A stretch of DNA of 64,000 nt, from NCBI GenBank assembly GCA_964019425.1, contig OZ025798.1, forward strand, positions 62,001-126,000, read 5' to 3'. This DNA is from Flectonema sp. DT1601. Its lineage: Eukaryota. The notes under the pieces were generated by a model, which had not been told where the DNA came from, searched no databases, and saw nothing but the letters and a program-made list of their open reading frames with translations. This document shows, piece after piece, positions 42,535-52,357 of the stretch (position 1 is its first letter; every line of letters starts with the position of its first letter). Made by a program: the position numbers and the translations under genes.

Positions 42535-42843
42535 TCAAAGGGCGCTGTTCTTGGTCGTCATTTCTATCAAAACCTCATCAGAGCAAGCACCGGGTTGGAA
42601 CCAAACGTCTTTGACTCCCATTTCAGTAGCTTGTTTTAAAACATCCATTCCAGTGATTGGATTAATTATAAAGTTGACAGCCTCAAGAGAATCAATTCCT
42701 TTTAGACTCTCTCCCTTTCCGGGTGTTACTGTAGTCACTACCTTACCGCAGTTGCGAAGATGATCTGCGACGCGTACAGCTGTTGGGTTCTTGTGATGGT
42801 TGCCAACAACAGCCCAGCGCATACTGCGAGCAATCCTTTCCAT
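42535..42843 (-). CDS. CoA-binding (YccU-like Rossmann) protein, C-terminus short or truncated
   Basis: WAVVG....P.A.RV...L...G..V..V.P and A...GVK.VWFQPGA..E are present. The usual final helix/strand appears to be missing. Confidence 0.7.
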   Translation of the reverse strand: MERIARSMRWAVVGNHHKNPTAVRVADHLRNCGKVVTTVTPGKGESLKGIDSLEAVNFIINPITGMDVLKQATEMGVKDVWFQPGACSDEVLIEMTTKNSAL

Positions 42844-43310
42844 CTTTTAATGTTGCTGTTGAAATTTAAGTAACTAATTATGTGGTACCGTAAGGTAATC
42901 ATCATTACAACAACCAGGTGCTGATGTACTGCAGCCGACTACTACTCATCGTCATATTGTTTCTCATCTTCTGAAGTAGTTATAAATTAGAAATACAATC
43001 GTAAACCAGAATAACAACAAACTACTTATTAATATGAGTCAAGAGAAACATCGGAGTACTAATTGTGGTATCAATTTGTTGCTTTTTGTGATTCGCCTGT
43101 CGACCACGGAACGATATAAGTTACTACCTGATTCCACTTGTAGGTATCGATGTCCGCCGATTCGCTTTCTCGTAGAGAAAAAAGACATCAGAACACTCCA
43201 AGTTAGGTTTTCCGTCTGATCCTTAACTTCATATCGTGTTTCTATTGGTACGTGTTAACCTTATTCGGGTAAGACTGTGATGAACAGTACAAGAGAATCA
43301 AAAGAGGAAG

Positions 43311-44783
43311 CTACTCGAGGATTCCTCCGTGTATTCTTCTGTCTTCTTTTTCAAAGTCATATTCCCCGTGATAAGTTTTATTTTCGAAAGTTCCCAAATT
43401 ACTGAGTCCCAGTCTCACAAGATTCTCCATCACTCTCGGCGGCATGACGAGGTTTCGACACATCCAACGACGTTTCGATTTACTTTTACATCGATGAGAG
43501 AAAGGCTTTCCTGAATAAATAGATTTACTCTCAAGAGGGGAATTCGATACATTTGATGATGTCCAAGTCGCATATGTCAACCTAGAACGTCTTCCGATAT
43601 ATGAAAAAAATACAAAATGATGTTTTCCATCAGCTATATTAACTCCCTTTGTCGTTCCTTCAGAACCAAACGGATAAACTTCTAACACTACGCTGTTTGC
43701 TGGCATAACAACCATCCAGGTCAGAGCGTTTCCGTGAATGCCAAATAAAATATCAGTCGCGGCAGCTATTCTCATTTGCTCTAAGACTGGGTACTCTGAC
43801 CAGGAGTGAGTTGAGATATTTAATTTATTTGGAAATGATTTGTGAAGATGTTCTGTCAACTCTGCCGTGTTTGTGATATTTCTTCCAAACCCTCCCTTGT
43901 CAGTTCTTACAGTCATTGTTAGGACTGGTAGCTTCTTTTGTAATTCAAGTCGAATGTTCAACGGAGGGAGAACAACATTCCTGACTCTCATCCAACTATG
44001 TAACCTTTCACGTAATACGTTGTAATATTTATAACCATCTCTGTCAAAGTGATCTGTCACACTCTTATCAATAGGACTTGGCATTCCGTACCAGGCATCA
44101 GTGTAACAAGTTGTGACGTTTGGTTTATATAAATTGATAGGTTTCTTATAGTTGACATCATCAAATAAAGACGTCAGTTGATAAACATACTTCTTTTGAT
44201 CCTTTTCTGGTACTGGAGCAGAGTAAACTATTTCACGGTTTCCAATAAACTTCGTAATTACGATCATCATTGGACCTCCACAATAATAAACCCAATGACC
44301 AAAGTGATGAAGTGTTCCAAGGTCTTCCCCTGCCCATAAAGCTTTCTCTGACCAAACAGTATTAGAAGGAAGGCTTTGAGAACTCACCCAAGGTATTGAA
44401 ACCTCTGTTGTGTGTTCAGTGTGGTACACAACTTTGGTGTTGGAGGGCTTCCGTTTTGTTATCTCATCAGAATAAATAAAAAATAATGATCCAGTCTCTG
44501 GTTTCTGACAAACATAATTCATTTTATAGAAATATTGATGGAGCTCTTTAACTTCTGAGTGTCTCAACTTCACAGGAACTGGACTCGGGGTGGAAATATT
44601 TGAGAAATTCAGTTTGTCAGTTGGTTTAGAGTCTGAAGTGGTGGTGTTACTACTCCAGTGCATCGTTTCAGTTATTGTTTTTCTAAAACTCGGAGGAAGG
44701 TCTTCAAATGATAACATCGATCTCCTCAACAACACCGTTACAATCCCAAGAAATGTACAAATAACAATCCGTTTAGTACTCAT
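43311..44783 (-). CDS. Type II membrane glycosyltransferase, family GT61-like
   Basis: N-terminal TM and stem region, HHFGHW, R.ITN..EL, and EQMR....TDILFGIHGNALTW...MP..SVVLEVYP. Confidence 0.85.
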   Translation of the reverse strand: MSTKRIVICTFLGIVTVLLRRSMLSFEDLPPSFRKTITETMHWSSNTTTSDSKPTDKLNFSNISTPSPVPVKLRHSEVKELHQYFYKMNYVCQKPETGSLFFIYSDEITKRKPSNTKVVYHTEHTTEVSIPWVSSQSLPSNTVWSEKALWAGEDLGTLHHFGHWVYYCGGPMMIVITKFIGNREIVYSAPVPEKDQKKYVYQLTSLFDDVNYKKPINLYKPNVTTCYTDAWYGMPSPIDKSVTDHFDRDGYKYYNVLRERLHSWMRVRNVVLPPLNIRLELQKKLPVLTMTVRTDKGGFGRNITNTAELTEHLHKSFPNKLNISTHSWSEYPVLEQMRIAAATDILFGIHGNALTWMVVMPANSVVLEVYPFGSEGTTKGVNIADGKHHFVFFSYIGRRSRLTYATWTSSNVSNSPLESKSIYSGKPFSHRCKSKSKRRWMCRNLVMPPRVMENLVRLGLSNLGTFENKTYHGEYDFEKEDRRIHGGILE

Positions 44784-45160
44784 GTTATCTACTGACTAAA
44801 TAAAGAAATATTTATAATATTCTCAACCTGACGTGTCCTTCCTACGGCATTTGATTGCTTCTTCAGAACCTCAAAAAAAAAAAAAAAGTGAATAACATTA
44901 CAACAAGCAGGTCCTATCGTACGTCGATTTCGTAATGGTAAAGAAACACTTACAAATAGAAGTACCGAAACTATAAAAGTCGCTCACTTTTAATAAAGTA
45001 ATTTACCTCCCTACAATTCTCTCACTAGTCATGTGTTGAGGACGACCAGAGAATCATTTGGAGTATCATCCAAGTCGAAAAATTGATTTAATTTTGTTCC
45101 GACGAACATTAAATAACTCGGAAGGCAGAAAGAAGGTGCCAGCCGACTGCGTGTTCCAAA

Positions 45161-45933
45161 TTAGAGAGCAGATTGTTTAAAAATGTTCCTTCCTGTGACC
45201 TTTACGCGAGGTGTTTGAGATGTCGTGGTGTCGGGTTTCTGTACCGACTGCTGAGTTGGAGTCGACATTCGAGTCTCCCATTGTTGTTCAACGAGAGTTC
45301 TTTGTTTCTCAGGAATTGGATACGAAGGATTTGAAACAATATTTCCATCAATAACAGTCCAACCAGATCGAATGGCATCATCTCGGTAAAGTCTATTTGG
45401 TGCTCTCTGATTACCTTCTGAAGGAAGAGGAACAGAACCAATTGGAGCTATCTGACTGTTGTTATGAATTGGTGATAATCCTCCACTCATTAATTCTGGA
45501 ATTAAGTAGTGAGCTCTCGACATGATGTCAGTTCCAATTCTAACTGTCTGACCATCAGAACTCATACTCGGAGAGAACTGAACATTACAAGTAGCTGGTC
45601 TACAATGTCCTTTAATATGAAGTTCAAAAGGACCCAACTCCAAGACGCTGATTTTACCTCCGCCGAGGTATGTTTTCTCAAACTCTGTTTGGTGATAATA
45701 CCTCGGCCACGATTTAAATATTTCCTTCAGGAGGTGTACACGCTCTCCATTAACCATCGACTCCATTGGAAGAACTATTCCTTTTATACTCTTGTCTACT
45801 TGAACATTATCTAACTGTTTGAGTTTTATAGAACAACAACAACATTAGTAATAAAAAGAGTTTGTTCTAAACATACTTTTAGTTTCTCAGCGTGTGGTTC
45901 CAACGTACTATGAAGTGATAGGTCTAAGTACAT
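45161..45933 (-). CDS. Hypothetical protein, possibly retropepsin-like fold (exons 45877-45933 and 45161-45814; intron 45815-45876)
   Basis: A 62-nt GTATGT...AAACAG intron joins MYLDLSLHSTLEPHAEKLK in frame to LDNVQVDKSIKGIVLP plus ORF 45161-45766. Confidence 0.6.
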
Positions 45934-46195
45934 CCTTCCCCCAAGTATTCTATATAAAGACTTCTTGGTATGCGAAAACATGTTTTGGGGGGGGAAACTG
46001 AATGAATAAAAACAAAATAATATTTCAACAGAATTCTGTCAACAAGTAATTCGACCACAAATAGTAATCTGAATAATAACAGAGACGAATCTTCAGAAGC
46101 CACAACGAGAGGATTGCAACAAAACTGGTTGACCGAACAGACTTGTAAAAGCAGCTTCGTCTCTGACCAGTTGGAGTTGGATATGTTCTGTAAGA

Positions 46196-46678
46196 TTATC
46201 TCTTTAAGAACTCCGTCACTGGAGGAAGTATTCGAACTCCCCGAGACGCTGATCCAATTGGATAACAACGACTGTGAATAGAACGGCGAGTGGGGTGTTT
46301 GGAAGGAAGTCTCATCTTCGGATGAGGAATGTGTGTGTTGATCAACTTCTTAGCCGTCAATTCTGTTCCCCATCCTCCAAAAGAAGGAGGAGTGTCATCA
46401 GCAAGCCAGGCAGCATCTTGCATTGCAATAGACCTACTCGGACATCTATGTGTTCTTCCCCAATTAGAGTGACGCCAAGGGGGTCGAACTTCAATTGAAG
46501 CACTCGACTGTTCTCTCTTTCGAAATAACATCGGCTTCAGAGCAGCTGGTAGTACTCTGGAATTGGTCTTCTTCTTTCTCACTACTTTCACGTGATCAAA
46601 TGTCGGCAGTCTGTCGTACTGACAGTCATAAACACCTTTCTCATCATCACCACTGCTGTCATATATATAAAGTTCCAT
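46196..46678 (-). CDS. Hypothetical protein (160 aa)
   Basis: ATG-initiated, co-oriented ORF. No family recognised. Confidence 0.45.
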   Translation of the reverse strand: MELYIYDSSGDDEKGVYDCQYDRLPTFDHVKVVRKKKTNSRVLPAALKPMLFRKREQSSASIEVRPPWRHSNWGRTHRCPSRSIAMQDAAWLADDTPPSFGGWGTELTAKKLINTHIPHPKMRLPSKHPTRRSIHSRCYPIGSASRGVRILPPVTEFLKR

Positions 46679-48584
46679 TCCCCTGATGTAATTATTTTTA
46701 TAAACAATTCAACCAGAAGTACTATCGAACATATTCAAGTGGAGATTGTTGTGCACAAAACCACATCAGACCGCAGCTGCAAAGTCTGTCACTTTTGATA
46801 ATACAAAATAAAATTAATAAAAAAAAACAACAGCACGCAGGAAGTTTCATCTCTGAGCACAATTACCAAAAAAAACAAATAAAAAACAAGTAATTTGTTA
46901 TATTTTTCGGTACTCATCATATTTACTGCCAGACTACTAGTTTGGCGTTGTAGAGCGTGCCTTTCTTCGCGATTAAAGTTAATTGGTACGGAATAAGAAT
47001 AAGATGTCGCAAACTGAATGGTGGGGAACAAATAAAAACAGAAGAATAAAAGAAAAATAAAGCAATCAACATGAAACCAGTCACAGTCAGAGTGGATAGG
47101 ATACGGTAGAGCAGAAGAGTTTGTCAAGAGTCGGGAAATTAACAAAACAGGATGTTGGTTGACTCTCTGTTTGCAATAAAATCGGAATTTAGCTGCTCCA
47201 CCCCTCTGACTCGATGCATTCAACTGTTGTAATTGAAAGACGTCCGATTCGTCTTTGCTTATGACAATTGTACTTGTCATAACCAACACTTCCTATAGGC
47301 AGTCACCACTCCACAAACGTATCACAACAGTGTAAGTTGTGGGGTATTACTGTCTTTTTGTAGTGGTTTCATATACAAAAAAAAACAATAACAGAAATAC
47401 TCCCCCACGAAGGCGGGAAATATAATTCAGCCTTGGGTGGACAGAAAGAAAAACGGGAGTGTGAGGAGGAGTTCTTAGTAACTTTTATAACAAACCAGAC
47501 ATCACGTGTTGGGTTCCAAATGAGCTGAGCGCTGCTGACTTTCATCTCCAAGTACTCACCGAATGGTACAAACGAAAAGTTAAACTTTTCAAAAAGTACT
47601 TTTATAAATAATTATTCAAAAGTCACTAATCAGTTCTCAACTCCTTTGATGACTCCCCCCAAGCAGTTGGAGTTCACAATCAGCTTCGGTAGAAGCTCTG
47701 AAGGGATCAACGGAACAGAAGCAGCTGACCAACAACTATATGTGACCCATTGGACAGGGAGGTGACAGAGGGAGTTAGAAGCTCTGTTTTATTTTTGACT
47801 ATTGGCGGAAAAAGTTCCTAAAATATAATTCTACAGCGCACTGATCACCAAGAGAATGGAAGAATTAACTAATCAGTCGGCTGTCTCTGAGCTGACATGG
47901 AGACCTCCTCCACCTCCATCGGAAATCGTTGGCTTGGTTTGCAAAAAACAAAACAAAACAAAAAGGCAAGTTTCGAAACCGAAGAATGTGTTTCAATCTG
48001 CTCGCAGTATGCTTTGTACACACTAATAATATACCACTCACAATACTATGCTATGCTAACTAATGACTACAAGAGGAGACTATAAAAATGAGACCCTTCA
48101 TTCTTTCTCAGAAACCAGAAAGAAATGGAATCAGAAAAGAGGAACAGGGGAAGGAAAAGAGGAAACCGATGATTTATTTATAGATTTGATTAATTCAGTT
48201 CTACAGCCAAAACAACTTATGCTCAACAGGTAGACATCCAGCAGATGTTTCTTGAACTTGTCTTTTGGATCGACAAAGAAACGACGAAAACAAATAAATG
48301 GAGGCGGAAGGAGGAGGTGATTTACAACATTAACAAATTACCTTTAAGAGATCTACGCGGAATTGAATATCGCAATTCGTAATAATTACAAAAATAAATT
48401 AATTTCCGAACCATTACAACAACAGATGTCGCTTTTATTGTATCCCTTTAGTTTTCTTTCGCACTATTTTCATCGGGTAGTACACTTTGTGTATCGCAAG
48501 GAGCCGCAGCATCGGGAGCACTGAATACAGAGCGAGGTCTCCAAAGCAACTGTTCGATTATCAGATAAACGAATTGTTTGTTTT

Positions 48585-49877
48585 CTACGAAATGACGCAG
48601 CAGCATTTATTCTGAGTCTGTTCAGACTCCTGCACGCCACTATTATGTCGAAGTGAGTCATTTCTGACGAGAGAATGTTTGCGGCCAGAACGATTCACTC
48701 CTCGTGGAGTGGTGCCGGGAGAAGGTGATTTTGGAGAAGTGCCATCGTCAGAATCAGAAGCAGAATCAAATGACATGCAAGTAAAGAGAAGATCATCATG
48801 ATTCACATCTCCATTTCCATGATGTCCATGGCCATGATGATGGTGCTCTCCTTTTCCATGGCGATGGTGGTGGTGATCCTTTCCATGATGATGATGATGA
48901 TGTCCGTGACCGTTCTCTTTCTCCCGATCTGGTTGTGTTTGCTCAAAGTTCTCCTTCGCGCTCTCTTTCTCTTCTGCCCTTCCCTTGGCTACTTCCTGCA
49001 TTGCTTCTTTGAAGGATTCAACTTCTTCAAAAATATTATTTTTCGCTGAGACCTGGAGTCGGGAAACATTCCAATCGATGTTGGCAGTTCCCCCGAATTC
49101 TGCTGGTGTTTGGTTAGAGGGAATCCATTTTGATAGAGCGTCGCCTTCCTGTCTCCCACTGCAGATTGTGATCTTCTCCTGAACTCGTGCATCTAAAAAG
49201 ACTTTGATTGCGGCGTAGGCCGAAGAGAATCCGAACGGTGCATTTATTAGAAACATTTTGCGCATACACTCCGGGTAGTTTTCTTGATCATATTTCATTT
49301 GGTCCTTCAACATGGCAGAGACTTTACCGAACATTAATGCTCTAGCGCCTAAAGCAGAGAGGTCCATTACCATTGTGATTCTATCAACATTTAGAGCTTT
49401 TGTTACTTCTCTACCGCGTTCTACGGCTGCGATGTGCCACTCAAATAAATCTTCTTTCTTGTACTCGTGTACTAGTTTGTCGAGTCCCTTGCCGTTAGGT
49501 TTTTCCCAATAGACTGGATACCCTTCGATATCACAACCATAGAACCCGCACAGCCCGTCTATGTGAGATTGGAAAACGATCTCTTTCGGCATCTTCTTCT
49601 CCGTAATTTTAAATATTTCATCTACCTGAAGGTCTTGTCTCCAGCTCATGTTCTTTGCTATCGCTTCTATTGCCGGCTTCGTCTTGAAATTCCTTCCGAT
49701 GAAGAATCGCAACATCAAATCGTCGTTTGTTAGTTTCATGCAATCTCGTAACTCAGTTCCTCCCAACTCTTTCTTACATCTTTTGAACTCTTCCAACTGA
49801 TCTTCTGTTAGTGTGTGAGGACCACTCCCTGTCTGCCTTCCCGTGTCATCTCTTCTTTTAGACGATGGCCAACTCAT
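48585..49877 (-). CDS. Sec14/CRAL-TRIO lipid-binding protein with poly-His tract and C-terminal CCCVIS lipidation motif
   Basis: DDLMLRFFIGRNF...A......WR, G.DIEGYPVY, DQENYPECMRKMFLINAPFGF...IKVFLD and P.EFGG are present. The probable ATG at 49877 follows a pyrimidine tract and CAG. Confidence 0.9.
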   Translation of the reverse strand: MSWPSSKRRDDTGRQTGSGPHTLTEDQLEEFKRCKKELGGTELRDCMKLTNDDLMLRFFIGRNFKTKPAIEAIAKNMSWRQDLQVDEIFKITEKKMPKEIVFQSHIDGLCGFYGCDIEGYPVYWEKPNGKGLDKLVHEYKKEDLFEWHIAAVERGREVTKALNVDRITMVMDLSALGARALMFGKVSAMLKDQMKYDQENYPECMRKMFLINAPFGFSSAYAAIKVFLDARVQEKITICSGRQEGDALSKWIPSNQTPAEFGGTANIDWNVSRLQVSAKNNIFEEVESFKEAMQEVAKGRAEEKESAKENFEQTQPDREKENGHGHHHHHHGKDHHHHRHGKGEHHHHGHGHHGNGDVNHDDLLFTCMSFDSASDSDDGTSPKSPSPGTTPRGVNRSGRKHSLVRNDSLRHNSGVQESEQTQNKCCCVIS

Positions 49878-50368
49878 GTTGCTGAAGAACGAAATAAATA
49901 AAAAAAGACTGCAGAAGTGAAGACCATACATATGAAACCAACGAGGTGATCATAATTCCGGTTGTGGAGTACCTGAAGTAGAACTTATAAAGTAAACAAA
50001 CCTCCACAAGTAACTTTCCATTAATCTGATTCTTAATAACTGCTAACATCCTCAATTGTAGGAGTCGAGGAATCGAGAAGAAAAAAAACGGGGAGGAGAA
50101 AAGTTTTGTTCGTGTAACAAGAACAATTAATTTGTAGACTTTAGTAGTACCGGATAATAGTAATCAACAAGAGTACTAACAAGTAAAAGTATCCCTTTTT
50201 AGAATTGAAGAGACCATTAGTAGTCTCCACCTTGTAATTAGGTCTAATGGAGTACCAGAACACGACTCGTATTTATGTTTTATGTTCCCTACGACAGGAC
50301 AGCTAAGAAAGAATTGTAACTTCTACGAGAAGGTGTAACATGTGACCCGCCTGCTAGTACGAAGTCAA

Positions 50369-50850
50369 TTATCCATAAATGAGTGCAATTGTTTTCTCAT
50401 CCATCAGAATGTCTGCTTCGCGAATGGTTGACTGTTTATTTATTATTTAACATCTGATCATCACAAGTAGAATGACTGTAATAAACTAAAAGTAATACAT
50501 ACGCCAGTAACGTCCCATTTACACACGTACTGAGCTTTGTACTTTTCGCCATTCTTTGCAACTCCCTCTTCGTTAATCCAGTTAACAATTTGACGATGAG
50601 AACCGTCATCTTCTCCCGCAGGGTGAAATCCTTGAAAGAAAGACAAGTCTGTTTCAGTAGTAGTTTTGTCCATTACAAACTTCTTAAAGAACTTAGAGCA
50701 GGCTTCTCTTCCTTCATAAATGCCTTCCCAGGCAGGGAACCGAACTGTGCAGTCGCTGCCGAGCAGTTCGAGAACCTTATCGTATTCTCCCTCGTTTACT
50801 GAAATCCAGAAGGAAACTACGGTTGTCTTGACGTCATCCTGTCCACCCAT
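50369..50850 (-). CDS. SnoaL-like / NTF2-fold small protein (exons 50503-50850 and 50369-50431; intron 50432-50502)
   Basis: V.SFW....GEYD...LL..D...FP...G.YEGR....FF and G...NG..Y...Y. A 71-nt GTATGT...AAACAG intron gives the in-frame end STIREADILMDEKTIALIYG*. Confidence 0.75.
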
Positions 50851-52357
50851 TTTATGCGAAATAAACGTTTCACTATTACGAGAAATAACACTCAATCAGA
50901 ACAAGTAAATACTAACCTTCTTACTGAGAACACACTCCCCTGAAGTCTGTAAACTCCTGACCAGTGACGACTATTTGAGTGTGTTATCTGTAGTGTGGAT
51001 CTGATTTTATAAATTGAATTACTTCATCACAACAGTTACCTAAAAGTTGGATAAAGACACAGTGGGTTGGGATTGGTGGGGAGGAAGCAGTAAAAGTGAA
51101 AACTGAGAGGAATACGACAAACAAGAAAACAAAAACACACCTAAAAAGAAGGCGTGATGGGCATAAACATAAATAGCCTTTCACAAGGCTAAAGGAAAAA
51201 AAGAGAAAGCATCTTTGCTGCAACTATACAAGTACCTCGACAACGTTGTCAGGGACATGTTTTGCAATTACTCATCACAAGTATACTTTTTCTGGAAAAT
51301 AAAATAGGGAAAGGCAGTAATGAATGTAATACAAATTCAGATTAGTCTTTCTTGTCAGAAAGAACGAACACCTGACCATTACATCAGACTTGCTCAAAAA
51401 AAAGGCAAATTCTATCACGTGAATGAGATGGGAAATGATTGTCTACTCGCACTAATCTCGTTCGAAATTCTTTTTTTTTTTTTTTTTTGTTTTTTTTTTG
51501 TTTTTCTTTTTTTTGAAGAATGTTATGTGTGTTAGGTTCCAAGAGTAGAAAAAGTAAATGATATTAATCAAAACAAATTAAAAAAAAAGCATAAAAAAAG
51601 CACCGCAAGCTATTTTTGCTTTTCCTTTTCCACCTTCTCTCCTACTTCATACCTTACTACACAATATTCTTTTCTAAACAGAATCATCTCCTTGTCAGAT
51701 GTCACAGATCCTTCCTGGCAATTCAAAAACAAACTTTCTCAAGTATGAACTGAAATAACAAGAGTTGACCTAAATCAGATTAGAAGAAACCAAATCCATT
51801 TTTCTATTTTTTTTTTTTTTTTCTCCTTTCTTTCTTTGTTATCGAAAATCGATCATAAATAGATTGTTTTTCTTTTTTTTTTTTTTTTTTAAAACTCTTT
51901 TTCCAAACAAATCGCTCAAATTGCGATTTCATTGCATTCATCGTGTGGAGTGACTTTAGACGTCGTACTAAAATCAAAACAAAAAGGATGAACAACTTGA
52001 ACCCTAGACAAATGAAAGGGGAAATGGGAGGAGAATGGGAATACAAAAAAAATAATATGCATAATAATATTATATTTTTTAATTTTTTTTTTTTTTTTTG
52101 AATCTTCGACATCGAGTCTCAGATTCTTAATACCGTCAAGGATGAAAAAAAAACTGAACACATAATTTTTACGTTCGGATGATTTTTTTCCTAAAAAACA
52201 AAACACATTTGAAAAACAAAATAAAAAGATAAACTAAATGAAAAGGAACTACGTTCAAATGTAAAACCTATCTAATTTTCTGTTTCTTTCTTTATCACTA
52301 TTCGGGATAAATAACATTACCCGAATTCACGCACAACTACTTACTCTAATTCAGTAC

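Noticed and set aside
11521..49877. A metal-homeostasis gene cluster (ferric reductase plus two His-rich proteins)
   Set aside because: The genes are far apart and interspersed with unrelated ones, and co-orientation here does not imply shared function.
50476..50502. 27-nt micro-intron in the SnoaL-like gene
   Set aside because: The acceptor at 50432 gives a more typical 71-nt intron and a more complete C-terminus.
50950..52300. ORFs in the A/T-homopolymer region after the giant gene
   Set aside because: Low-complexity 3'-UTR or intergenic sequence.
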